A DNA stretch of 61,650 nt, filler included, from Basidiobolus ranarum (GCA_040143965.1; 10 parts of 10 records of this genome joined end to end with filler, not necessarily neighbours in it), one strand, 5' to 3'; positions 49,690 through 61,650 are shown, numbered from the whole stretch's first letter. The notes: generated from the sequence alone by a model not told the origin. Numbers and translations: made by a program.

Positions 49690-50200
49690 GTTGTTGTCTT
49701 TCAAACTACTGGTTGTCACATTTAACTGCCTGATGGATAGCATCAGTCAAAATCACTGGGTCAGCCATGGTGAGTAAAAGATCCTTAATATTTTCTTAGT
49801 AAATATTGGAATTGGATGATCAGGGCAGATTCTCCCCAATTGAGATCTCAGGCCAGAAGGCAGAATTCTGCAGCATAAGTTGATGCAGGATTTGACCCTT
49901 GCTTAAGTGCACAGAGCTTGGTGGCTGAAGTTTTTTCCTCATCTGCATTTCTAAATGTGGCTTCCAATTCAGCAAGAAATGCAAGGAAGTTTGAAAGAAG
50001 TGGAGATTGACTTTCCATCAAAGGAGCAAACCAAGATAGAGCTGTTCCTGATAATAGTGCTCCCACTAAGCCTAATTTTGTTTGGAAAGAGGGGTAGCAA
50101 TGGTGTTGTTACTGGATGATGAGCTTTACTGGGTGAATGAAACCCCAATAGTTTTGGCAAGTGCCATCAAATGTATTTGGTAAGGAGATCTTGGTTTCAG
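49690..50200 (-). mobile_element. Ty3/gypsy (Tf1/sushi, chromovirus-like) gag remnant
   Basis: PKISLPNTFDG...LVGALLSGTALSWFAPLME...F...DEEKTSATKLCALKQG...STYAAEFCLLA*DLNWGESAL...IKDLL...AVKCDN, a PEG10/Retrotrans_gag-like pattern, with stops. Confidence 0.85.
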
Positions 50201-50709
50201 GAGTTAGGTTTGCAGGATAGTTGGGTGGAGCTGAATTCTGTACTTGAGCAAGAAAAGCACAAAGTTCTTGATTTTATTGCTGAAGCAGAGTAAGTGCTCA
50301 CATGATATCTACCATTGTAGGGGCTGGTGTAGACATAATACCTACTATGTTGGGAGGGGGAAGTTTTAAAAACCATAAGTTTCACTAGGAATGATAAGCA
50401 CAATGCAATGTCCTACTTTCTGTTGAAGGAATGATTGGCACCTTGACAAAAGAAAATGCTGGTATCAACATCCCTTGAACTGGATCAAGTACTAAAGCTT
50501 TTTTGACCAAAAACAACTGTAAACTCAACCAGTAGTGTCTTGACAAGGATGCGCTTAGAGCAATTATCCAAAGATGGAAGGTACCTTTGCCTTAACAGGG
50601 AAGCTTGGGAAAGATGGGGAATAAGAGCAAAGCCAACCTTGGGGGGTTTCAAGGTTGGAGAACAGGGATTGAGAGAAGTCTACAGGCAAGTGTAAGTAGT
50701 TGATCAAAC

Positions 50710-51166
50710 TGTCACAATAAGGAACTGGACAAGGACTGGAAACAAGAACAAGAGGCTAGAAGGCAGGAGAGTACTTGGGTGTAGACCACAAGACAAGACT
50801 GGACAGGGAAGATACTTAGGCTAGAATCTTTATTGATAATGGGCATTGATCAGACTGAGGTCTGGTCAAGAAATACATGGGGCTTAAATAGATATTGCAA
50901 GGTGAAATATAATATACTGAACAGGGATAATGTTGTGGCAAGTTCAAATGTTGGGGGTCTTGGTAGAAATACACTGTGTGTGGGAAGACATCATTGGTTA
51001 GGTTTCAGGGAATGTTCCAAAGAACATGACTTCCATAGAAGGTAACCTGGATGAACTAACACAAGATTGCCAAGAAGGAATTGTACAGCAGATATGAATT
51101 CATATTCCATTAATAAAAGAGTTCTATTTGCAGTGGATCAGTTTGCTGAGATCAGAATCATGCCAC
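50710..51166 (-). mobile_element. 5' LTR family C of the gypsy element (internal deletion of about 85 bp relative to 42795-43155)
   Basis: TGGCATGATTCTGATC...ATTGTGACA on the minus strand, upstream of gag; followed directly by GTTTGATCAA (50700-50709). Confidence 0.85.
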
Positions 51167-53299
51167 TTGTTGTAAATAATATTATACTTCCAGTAATTGA
51201 TTGCATATAATATGAGCCGTTTTGGGAATAGGATATTTCTTAGGTGCATAATTGGCCAAATTAGTATAACCTTGTCTCTGAGCCAAACTTCCTGATTCCT
51301 GAGTTGCTGGAAAAATAACCTTTTTCTGATTCCCATACTAGATATTGAAAGAGAAAATATGCTGATCTTCAAATGCCAATTCTAAATTATCAGTATCCTT
51401 GGAGTAATCTAGTTTCCTGGTACAAATTGATATATTTCTGGTATTGCCAGATTTTTCACCACTAGGATAGCAGCTTGATTTAGGAATATCATGAAACAGT
51501 TTGTTCTTCTTGATTTCAGTGCTTGTAGTGAATTTTGAGACAGGATTAATTGCTTGTTAGTTTTCTGCTTAGAATACTCACCACAGGTATTGGTAATGAT
51601 TTGAGCTTTGTCTTATACCCATTATAGGCTGATGTCATAGACCTACACCTGAATGTCACATTTTCTAAATGTGCATATTGTTGATAGATGGTTTTTCATT
51701 CCAAAGTTGGCCTAATTTCAGTGTCTTTTGCCAATATGTCATTTTCAAAGTTGGTTACAGTGCTTGTTAGCTCAAGATTTGAGATTTTCTTCAATGAATA
51801 TAATATCTCTAATGTGAATGATTTGATTTACAGCAGCAATTTGGAGATGTTAGCCTCTGTTCTGATATCCTAATAGGTTACACTTAATGACCTTTTTGTC
51901 CAATTTCCTATGCTGAGATTTAGGAATATGAGCATATACAGTAGATCCAAATATTCTGAGATGGCTCAGTGTAGGCTTGTTTCCAGTCCAAATTTCAATT
52001 GGAGCTTTAGAGTCATGGTTGCTATGTGTTAGACTACTATTTTGGAGATATGTTGCTATTACAATAGCTCCACTCCAACAGGTCTCTGGCAGCTCTGAAT
52101 CAATCAGCATTCTACAAGCCTTCTCCACTAAGGTCCTTTTCGTCCTTTCTGCAACTCTGTCTTGTTCTTGTTAAAGTATTTGGGAGCCTGTTTGAAGTGG
52201 TTTGAAGAATTTGAGGAATTGAAGGTTTTCACTTTTTGATTCATTGAGTAGGAAGTTGACATTTATAGTTTTGTGAAGAAGTAGACAAACTAACAAGTAG
52301 AATGTGTTAAGGAAGGTCTCAGGAACATATGTGCAAAGTTTGAGGCTTCTAGCACAAGTTTCAAAAATCTCTTTATCTGAGAACTTCTAAGTTTGTAAAA
52401 ATATTCTAAGTAGATTCCAATTGAGAATAATTGGTAATATCTTAGTGACTTTTAAGATAACTAAGTCCTAAGCTCTATGTAACTATATAGATGTTTAGGC
52501 AATATTTATTTCAGCCACTCTGCACTATGTGGAATAGTCAATTTTTGCTGAATTCTCTTTTCTTGATAACAGCTAGTCATAGCTTCATTGCTAGACTGAG
52601 TCTCATTAGAACTGTGTAGGTATTTGATTTTTCTTCCTGTTATGGTGGTGACAGTTGCTTCATCTAACTTGATATAATGAAACACTTCTCCTTTGCTCAA
52701 TAGAAGATATGAAACTGCAAGATGGGACTTATCATCAATGAAGATAGTACCCATTGTGACTTATCAAAGTTTGCATAGGGCCTTATAAGTATGTATGATT
52801 CAGATCCAATAAATCATTAGCTCTGCTAGCTCCTTCTTTTGGAAATGGTTTTCTGCTAATTTTACTGTAAATATTGCTTTCACTTTTGGTATTATCTGAG
52901 GGCCTGAGATCCATTCCAGTACATAGGCTGTTTTTGTATGACAATTCTACACTATTGCAGTTTAGACAACCCAAGTGTTGATACCAAGTCATCAAGTTTC
53001 CAGAAGGAATTGTTAAAAAGTTAGAAACAGTCTCAGTTGTTGGTGTAATATACAGGTGATATAGAGTCCCAATTCTTGTTCCAGTTGTCACTATTAAGTC
53101 CTTTGATTTGTATATGGTTATTTTTCCTTAGCTAAAGTTGCCAGCAGAATGTCTCTATTCAATTACTCCAATTGAAAGTAGATTTGTAGTTAATGATGGA
53201 ATATATATGACATCTTCCAAGGTTACTGTTACACTTTTGGTTTTACTGATCTGTAAGTCAAGCATCAACTTTCCCATTCCAAATGCAGCAGTTTGTTTC
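51167..53299 (-). mobile_element. Degenerate copia pol (protease, GAG-pre-integrase, integrase, start of RT), split by a solo LTR
   Basis: LEDVIYIPSLTTNLLSI; WYQHLGCLN; RKPFPK..SRANDLLDLNHT; FIDDKSH; IPHSA|EQDRVAERTKRTLVEKACRML; HLRIFGSTVYAHIPK..RKLDKK. Confidence 0.88.
52169..52516 (-). mobile_element. Solo LTR family A inserted in the integrase of an older copia
   Basis: Full-length reverse-complement homolog of 25754-26102; the integrase frame resumes on both sides. Confidence 0.88.
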
Positions 53300-54600
53300 T
53301 GTTGCAATTAGCATTGCCTTAACTCCTATATAGTCATACATAGCTTGGTATCTAGTTATCTTCTAATTCATCAAGATATTTTTGATTATTTGAATTGGAA
53401 TTTGCTTAGAATATTTTTACCAACTTGGAAGTAAGCAGATATATGGACTTTTCAAACTTGTGCTAGAAGCCCCAAACTTTCCACACATGTTCCTGGGAGC
53501 TTCTTTAACACATTCTACATGTGTGTTTGTTTACATCATGACAAAACTATAGATATCAACTTTCTACTCAATAAATCAATAAGAGAATATCACCATTTCC
53601 TCTAATTCTCCAAACCACTTCCAACAGGCTCCCAAATATTTTAAAAGGTTATGAGCCTCAAGCTTGATCTCTCTGTAATGTCTACTTCTCAAATATATGT
53701 AACTCTTGCCTCTTCTGAAAAATTGGATAATGCCAATCATCAAGTTTGGAAAATTAAAATGAAAAAGCTGCTGCAAGTAAAAGGGCTTTGGGACACTGTT
53801 GTAGGAGAAGAAAACAATGTAAAACTAACTGAAACCAATGTTTTACTCCAGGTTAAAAAAGAACCAAGTGCCTTCAACACAACTTGTCTCAATGGTAAGG
53901 AAAATTGCAAATTCAATGTTCAAGAGCTAAAACTGCCAAGAAGGTATTGAAAGCCTTGGAAGACACCTACTAAACAAGTTCTGCTGCCAAGAAGATGTTT
54001 GTAAGAAGAAAAATTGTTAGCTTAAAGATGAAGTTGGGAGAAGACATTAAATCACTAATTAATAGAATCTCTATCTGAGTGTATGAAATGTAATGCAACC
54101 AAAAGAATGAAGAAAATCCTTCAATAGGCTATGTAAAACCTTCCTATAGAGGTCAAAAGAACTTTAGGAAGAAAAGTGACATGTTCTATGATTACTGTAA
54201 AAGAACAGGCGATTTAAGCAACAAATGCTTTAAAAGAATTGCAAAAGAAGAAAAATACTGAATCTGGATATGTATTTGCAACAGAAGATCACTGGTTCAT
54301 ATCTGCTTTATTTATGACTATCAACAAGAATTCTGTGATGTGGTATATTGATTCTCGAGCCTCCCAACATTCATAAACAAACAACACTGGTTTGTTGGTT
54401 GTGAAAAAATCCCAATTAGAAAGATTTTCATGGGCAATGACTGCACATTGGATGCTATTGGCATGGGAACAATTCAAGTCAGATTAACTGGAGCTTCTGA
54501 AGAGAAAGTGTATACTTTTAAGGATGTGCTACTTGTTCCAGATATTGCCAACAATTTAATATCTACATGTAAGGCCACCTAAGAAGGGCTAAATTTTAAC
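53300..54600 (+). mobile_element. Family A copia 5' end: LTR 53300-53646, PBS GGTTATGAGCC 53647-53657, gag and protease remnants
   Basis: Gag EKLDNANHQVWKIKMKKLLQVKGLWDTV; decayed knuckle; protease WYIDSRASQH; KDVLLVPDIANNLIS. Confidence 0.9.
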
Positions 54601-54616
54601 TTTGATATGTCAGGAT

Positions 54617-55490
54617 TGATAAAAGTGTTTAGGGGATTTGGAAGTGTTTTGGACAAGATTTGGATTTGTGAATTAGACACTTAAGTTTTAATCAATTGAA
54701 TATGTCCTATTTATAGCTTACTATGAAATAGAACTATGAGATGTACTAAGATCATAACAAGCATGCCTGTTGAGCATGGGTGAAAATTTGAGGTGATTTG
54801 GAGAAGTTTTGAGAAAATAGTGAAAATTGGTAAAAGTGATCTAATTGATAATTCTGTCAATTAGAGCAATAAACACACATTTTTGAATGACAGAATTGAG
54901 CGCTAAGTGTTCAGAATAGGAATACACTAACTACTAAATAATAGGTTCCTATTTACCTGATTTCAACACTCCCACCCCACTGATTATTTTGCATTTCTTT
55001 CAAACTTCACTTATATCTTAATAATTCAAATTTTGCTTTAGTTAAAGGTTTGGTAAAGATATTGGCTATCATTTCTTCAGTAGGGCAATAGAGCAGTTCA
55101 ATTATATGATTCTCTATTGCTTCTCCAACAAAATGATGCCTAATATCTATATATTCCATAACTAGATCTACAGTTCCTCTCAAATTCCTGAATATTTGTT
55201 GTACTGCAGTTTTGTGCTCAGATCCTGGATTTTTGAGATATTGGCTAACAGTTCTCTCTGCCACAGCAATGTCTGGATGTGTTACAACCATTGTATACAT
55301 TAAACTACTCTCCATGGATTGATAAGGGAACTCGTGGCTTTGATTTGAGTCATTATGGGCCAAATTGGATGTAGTTTTAATTAATTTCACATTGGGATCC
55401 ATTGGTGTTGATACAGGCTTGCTATTCTCCATGTTGAAGCATTTTAGGATGTCTAGGATGTATCTAGACTGATTCAGCATGATTTTCTGA
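54617..55490 (-). mobile_element. Family B copia 3' end: RT/RNase H remnant (55007-55490), PPT, 3' LTR 54617-54968
   Basis: MLNQSRYILDILKCFNMENSKPVSTPMD, nearly identical to 46412-46500; GGGGTGGGAG PPT; TGTTGAAATC...TTTTATCA LTR of 352 bp. Confidence 0.9.
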
Positions 55491-58400
55491 NNNNNNNNNN
55501 NNNNNNNNNNNNNNNNNNNNNNNNNNNNNNNNNNTTAATTAATTAANNNNNNNNNNNNNNNNNNNNNNNNNNNNNNNNNNNNNNNNNNNNATTGTTTTAT
55601 ATAATACACGAGATGCAGATACATACCTACCTGGACCGTTAATGGTCCTTGTGAAGAATTTAGGTTTGGCATTATAATTTCATGCACAGCTGAATATGTT
55701 TGTGTTCAATAAGATTGTAAGCTAAGAGTAAGACGGAAAGCTAAAACAAAGTAGAGGTAACGAAGTTATATTAGACTAGCTAAATATTAAATTTTAATGG
55801 TAAATATTCAAGAATGTTTGAAAAGGGATCCAAAGTGAGAGGGAGCAAGTTACACCAATAAATAAAAGGAATCAAACTAAGATTGAAAGGAAATATGACC
55901 AAGCGGGCAGGGGCTGAACAATGTTGACAAGGGAGAAAGGTGTGGAGCTGTTCGAATGTACATACCAATGCAGTGATATTAACCAATTAAACTCGGAAAT
56001 ATTTACGAGAACACAATGAAGATTGAGTGAGTCCATGTAGGAGAAGCATGGAAAAGAACGAGCAATGAAAAAGGTGTCTTTTCAGCTAACTTCCCCACAT
56101 TTACGTCGTGATCAATGATGCGTTCTCTTGGTGCTTGTATGTTTACTTTCCTTAATCAAATAGAAAGCATTACAATTACCTAATCAATGTGAACAATGGA
56201 CGATATCTTAATGGTTTCAATTTAATCAAAATATACGTCCCATCCACATCCCACATCAACATTGGAATATGTATGATATTTAGAGGATCCCCTTTGGAAG
56301 AAATTATGCGAGTGTATCGTGTAACGTGAGTGGTTAGTTCATGATAACATACGGAATCCTGTCCAAAGCCAGCTCTTTGAAACCTCACAAGGTTTAATCA
56401 AATTCAAATCCAGCGACCCAAGCCTTGCATATTACATCAATACAATGACTTGGCCTCATCTGGATGTCATTCGTTCCATTAATTCCCATTTTACCGGCAT
56501 TTAATTAGCTTCAATCAAATTCCATCCACCAAGCTACATCAGACATATATTTAGCCAGTTTTCTAAGGCAGTCCAGCATCATCTGACATGGCACGCATTC
56601 GATTCCAATGAAAGTGAAGCGATCCCTACAGAGACCGTCAACAATGTGGCCGTTGATAATCAAAACCCTGATACCACGTACTTTCTTAGTGGTGGACGCT
56701 CTTGTGTAAACATGAATATGGAATTTGTAAAAGGCCACCCAGAGCCGCCGTTCAAGACAGGCTCAATGAGACATTGTTGACCTTCATGCCAATGGTCTCC
56801 CAGTTGTTTGACTAATAAAATTACAATCGATATCACATTAGTTGCTTGCCTCGAAGGTTTCTTGATCCTGAAACAACAGCATTCGGAAGAGTTGAAAGTG
56901 GGATGAGCTTATTCGTGTTAAGGACCCATGTACTGGAAATGATAGTGAATTTCAGAGTCATTGTAGATGTTGCCCCTTTCCACACGTCAGTGATAACTAA
57001 TCTTGCTATTGGTGACGATGGCTATTGTTACGGCTTACTTCGGTTATGTATGCACTTCATCAATTGGAACTGGTATAAATAGGGAAAAATGCAGTATCCT
57101 TACAATAGATTTAAATATTTGAGTGGAAAAGAAACAAAGGCTTTGGAAGTCGGGGTACGAGATGGTATATTTGGAATATAAATGAGATTCTACGATCGTA
57201 CTCCAAAGGCCCGTTGCCCTTCGGCAAACCATAAGCAATTGTAGAAGAGAATCTAGTTACTATCATATACTCTCGATATCTCCGCACCCCCTCTTCCGAA
57301 TACAATTACTGATACTAAACATGCTACTCTTCTCGGTCTCCCTTTAACAAATACACTGCTTGCTTGTGCGCCTCCTCTATCTAAAACATATTCGGTCAAA
57401 CTTGCTACTAGAGCCGGTCTTCAAATTGCTTCTGTATCAACATTTGACATCAAGAGACAAAATCAAGCCTGATACACAACTCAGTCACGAATCAGTTTTC
57501 TCAGGATTTATTCTAGCAACTAAGGATCCAAACCACACAATTGGTTTAAGAGACCTAAAGGTTTTCTATTCTTTGATATTGATAGCCTGGGTCATGTTTA
57601 CATACTTTCAACTTGTATCCCGTCCTGAGTCGAAGTCATAGCAGTCATGAAATTCACGGGAAAGAATTTACCACTATACTAATACATCGACTACGTAACA
57701 AATTATAAACCAGTTGAGTCACAATATTACGTATGTTAGTTTATTTAACTGAAAGACAGGAAGTTGTCATAAAATTTACAGCAATCATGTTTACGAAGCG
57801 ACGAATCCCTGTTGTGTACATCTCTACATTAAGAATTAGCATGTTTTGCTAGCATTAGTCGATGCTCTCTGTTGTACATTCGTAAAGTTCCCATATGGGA
57901 GCATAATCCGATTATACTTGCAGCAAGTTTCTATTTATAAACAGTATGTAGGCCAATTACGTAAATCCAATGATAAAAACTATCTGATTTTGGCGCTCGA
58001 CTATTCCTAATCTATCGAATTTCGACTTCATCAGACCATTTGATAGGCTCAGCAAGATTCCATGGTATTTGGCTAACATATTAGAGCGCTACATTCAATA
58101 CATACGTGGGCTTAGTGTAGACAACAAAACCCACTTCTTAGGCCAAGCAGCAGAGTAGCAATTCGTTGTGCTCGATTGGCAAAATCACCAATGGCTTGAG
58201 AGTATGAGAAAATACTTCACATGAGGAGTGGAGTGTGGTCAATCGTGTAACGGGCTGACTTTAGATATCAGAGGTGATCCGAACTGCTGGGTGCTTATTT
58301 AGATCATGATTTGTTGAATACAGGGTGAAGCCGATGAGACAGATCAATGTTGACAATGGCTGTTACTATCTCTATTGATGAATCAGTTCTGAGAGATGTC

Positions 58401-58794
58401 CAGAGTTTCCCCAGTATTCTCACAGCAGTAGCAATTTCGTGGGAACAATCTTGGATAGTTCATCAGTAGATAGTAGTGAAATAGTATATGGTTGGGCATG
58501 ACTCATGTGTCAATTTGGTCTCCGAGAAGTGTCTGGTGACCTGCAAATCGGAAATTTTTGAAGGCCTGCCCTGTATTACGGGTTCTGGATGACGATTGAC
58601 CATTACCCCGTCAGCACTAGGATCTAATTTACCTGTATATGTGGTATCTTGACCCGCAATACGCTTATAGACTTGGACAATAGTAGCAGGAATTCCTAGA
58701 GGATTTATTTTAATATTTACAGTGTTCTCCACCAAGCATCATTACCTGCTTTAAATATAATTTGCATTCCTGATCTATTTAATTAACTTTGCAT

Positions 58795-61554
58795 ATGACT
58801 TCCTGGGAATCTATACGCCAGGAGATTCGAGCATTTCGGGCTTCTATTCCTCCACCCTGCCTTAGTACTATGAAGGATTTTGTCTTTGACGATAACAGTA
58901 ATCGCATTTACTTCATCGGAACAGATCCTTCCAAACATTTTCGTACGACAACACTGTTCTCGGTCACTTTGCCTCCTGAGCCAGTGGGGAACTCGTATTT
59001 AGCTGATCGTTCTAATCGCATTAACGGTACGAACTTAGATGGTTTGTGATTTCACTGTCTTTCTACTAGAGTTTTGGTTTCTAAAAACATGTTTTTATAG
59101 AGTTTGTTTTACCTTCATTGGAATGGAAGCACATGCTGACAGACCTATACTTGCGCGACAAACCTCATGAAAATCTATCTAGAGAAGAGATTTTGGCTAA
59201 AGAGCGAAGACGAATTTCTATCGAAGGTATCACTTGGTATCTTTACGAAGAATCCTCCAGTCTACTCCTTTTCCCCCACTCGAATAATTTTTGTATTGGG
59301 AGTGTAGGTAAGGTGAGTTCTGAGAATCTTTTCTTTATGGCTTTATATTTCCTCTGTCTACTAGCTTATTAGTATGTTACAGATACCTAACTGTTCTTAT
59401 AAATTTTAGAATGAAGATTTTCAACCTATTCCTATGTTTCGACATCGAAGCCACAATCCAAGAATGGATCCAAAAATAGGAGGTCGTGGTCGAGATTTGG
59501 TTGCATATGTAAAGCAAAGAGATATTTGGGTATCTACATTGGACGGTCAAGAAGTACAATTAACATTTTGTGGAAATAGTGACGACTCAAGTATTTCTTG
59601 TGGAATCCCTGAGTTCGTTATGCAGGTAATTCTCTTATGTTGCTATTCTTTTATAGTTTACACGTTTATTCATTCATATTATATATTTGATAGGAAGAAT
59701 TCGATAGATTCAGCGGGTTTTTCTGGGCACCGTCATCTATGGTCGCTTCTACGGATTCTTTCGAACGGATTTTGTACTTACAGGTAAGTGAGTCCAATGT
59801 AGACCAAGTGTGTTTCTCTCATGGAACCAAGACAGAAGAATTTCGGTATCCACGTACAGGCAAGTGAGATAGTATTTCGGCATTTCATAGGTGTTCGCAA
59901 GTAACAATTATCGACTTCACAGGAACTCTCAATGCAATGTCAGACGTACAAATCGTCGAGTTTGCTCATCCAAATGAGGTACGGATAAACTGACTATGTT
60001 CCTCATGACAGACTGTGACTTAATTATCGTTCATATAGGCGTCTGAGCAAGATATTACTCATAAAAGACTCTGGGGCAAAGCTACATTGAATGAGATGTT
60101 CCCTTGGATGGAGTACATCGTTCGTTTAGGTTGGTGACCTCATGGGCAAAGGTAAGATAAGCTTGGTTAATCCCACTTTCACAGGAAATATAGAACTCAT
60201 TCATTATTAAGTATCTGGGTCCAGATTTTAGATAGAAGACAGCAACACACCGCTATCGTAAAAATTCCGCTATCCAATTTTACTACTGTTTTTGAGTATA
60301 ATAGCAGTGCCAAATACGAACAATGTGTAAGGAATGTTGAGATTCTATATGAAGAAGAGATAAAGACCGGCTGGATCAATGTATGTTTATAGTAATTCAT
60401 TTCTTGGAGATTTGTGGTTAGCAGCTAACATCAAGGGGTATTAAGCATACTATAGCCTATCATTTTTTAGAGAGTTCCAATGAAAATACAACGGAGTTCA
60501 TATGGAGTAGTGAGCGAACCGGGTTCCGACATCTTTATTACATTAAAAAACACCGACTCGATATACACTGGACAATAAGACCTCTGACGCACGGAGAATG
60601 GCCAGTGGTAGATTTGCCCATTTCAGTAGACATACATCGAAAAGCAGTTTATTTTGTCGGAAAACGAGATACACCGCTGGAAAATCATTTGTACGTAGCC
60701 TCGTTTAGAGAGAATGCGTCGCCTCATCACGTTGTACTTCTGACGCCCACTGGTTATTTTCATAACATTACCATGAATTCGTCTTGTACTCGTTTCGTGA
60801 CTTTCTACTCAAATATAAATGAATCCCCCAAAAGTTCCGTTTATTACCTCTCATGGGAAGATAAATCTCCTTTCCCAAAATCGAATCTATGGGCTAGAAT
60901 AAGGCCTCTGGGAGTTACTAATGACAACCTTCCAGTTGGAAATTTTTTTTCCTTTAAAAATAGAAACGGTAGGTCGGTTATTTAATGCGCCAAAATTCGA
61001 CCTCAACTGATGCATTGAACTTTAGGAAATCAAATTCATGGATGTTACTATAAACCGGATAATTATGTTGAAGGTCGAAAATATCCGACGCTCTTACACG
61101 TTTATGGCGGGCCGAAAGGACAGGTAAAGCGACTCAATATAGCTCATCTGTCATTCTCTTACTGAAGTACTTTAAGGTTGTGACCAACGATTATAAATGT
61201 CCACGCTTCTTGAGGATGTTTTTGGCCACAAAGATGGGCTTCGTCGTCATCATGATTGATGGGCGTGGATCATCGGAGCGAGGGTTGGCATTCGAAACTC
61301 AGATTCGCTGGCGAATGGGTAGTGTAGAGCTCGATGATCAAGTGGATGGTTTGCGCCATCTTATTGAGAACTTTCCAGGCCAAACCAGCTCGATGATCGA
61401 TACAGATAAGATAGCGATTTCTGGGTGGTCTTATGGTACATATTTCAAAAGAACATTCACCCCTTGCTCACGATTGGATCCTAATTAATGTGTTTAGGCG
61501 GCTATCTCTCACTCTTGGCTTTGGCTCATCACCCTGATGTTTTCAAAATCGCCA
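58795..61554 (+). pseudogene. DPP9: Dipeptidyl peptidase 8/9-like (S9B) multi-exon gene with in-frame TGA (60135-60137), 3' end missing
   Basis: LSREEILAKERRR, RMDPKIG, GIPEFVMQEEFDRFSGFFW, YPRTG, FPWMEYIVRLGW*PHGQSIWVQILDRRQQ, IWSSERTGFRHLY, DTPLENHLY, YPTLLHVYGGP, DGRGS.ERG, catalytic GWSYGGY, PDVFKIA. No N-terminal TM anchor. The family call is secure; pseudogene status is probable. Confidence 0.85.
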
Positions 61555-61650
61555 TGTAATGCGTCCTGAAACGCCTAGGTTGCAAAGGTCCACGGATACT
61601 TTGGCCGCTTGCTTATTACGGCCATGAAAGGTACTAAAGACAGTTGTGAG

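Noticed and set aside
60135-60137. TGA as selenocysteine or an alternative genetic code
   Set aside because: The aligned position is not Cys in DPP8/9 and no SECIS can be assessed. TGA and TAG serve as normal stops in other genes here (NRPS, Dsn1, E2, DUF3472-like pair).

Overview
This window is not one locus. It is ten unrelated contigs of about 6.06-6.09 kb, sorted by decreasing length and joined by artificial 100-bp spacers (N44-TTAATTAATTAA-N44), so adjacency across spacers means nothing. The DNA is from an AT-rich fungus with short spliceosomal introns. The gene set (SDR-type threonine dehydrogenase, DPP8/9, NsdD-type GATA factor, bacterial-style NRPS) points to an early-diverging lineage. 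A Basidiobolus- or Mortierella-like organism is my inference, not something the sequence shows. Contig contents: (1) PHO84-like phosphate transporter with one in-frame TAG, plus decayed repeats; (2) acetyl-CoA carboxylase; (3) threonine dehydrogenase, a secreted Cys-rich protein and an AIG1/FAR-17a-like membrane protein; (4) NsdD-like GATA factor and Dsn1/Mis13; (5) copia remnant, 7-exon UBE2G1-type E2 and a Q/P/N-rich repeat protein; (6) intronless bacterial-type NRPS whose last module has a decayed A domain and a TE lacking the expected His; (7) two tandem intronless secreted proteins resembling bacterial DUF3472 with Thr-rich tails, then nested LTRs with a tRNA-like 5' half; (8, 9) nested, CpG-depleted copia and gypsy relics, including an LTR with a Tf1-type self-priming signature; (10) a DPP8/9-like peptidase with an in-frame TGA. 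The best candidates for new biology are the DUF3472-like secreted pair and the remodelled NRPS terminus. All family assignments come from motif recognition by eye, with no database search.
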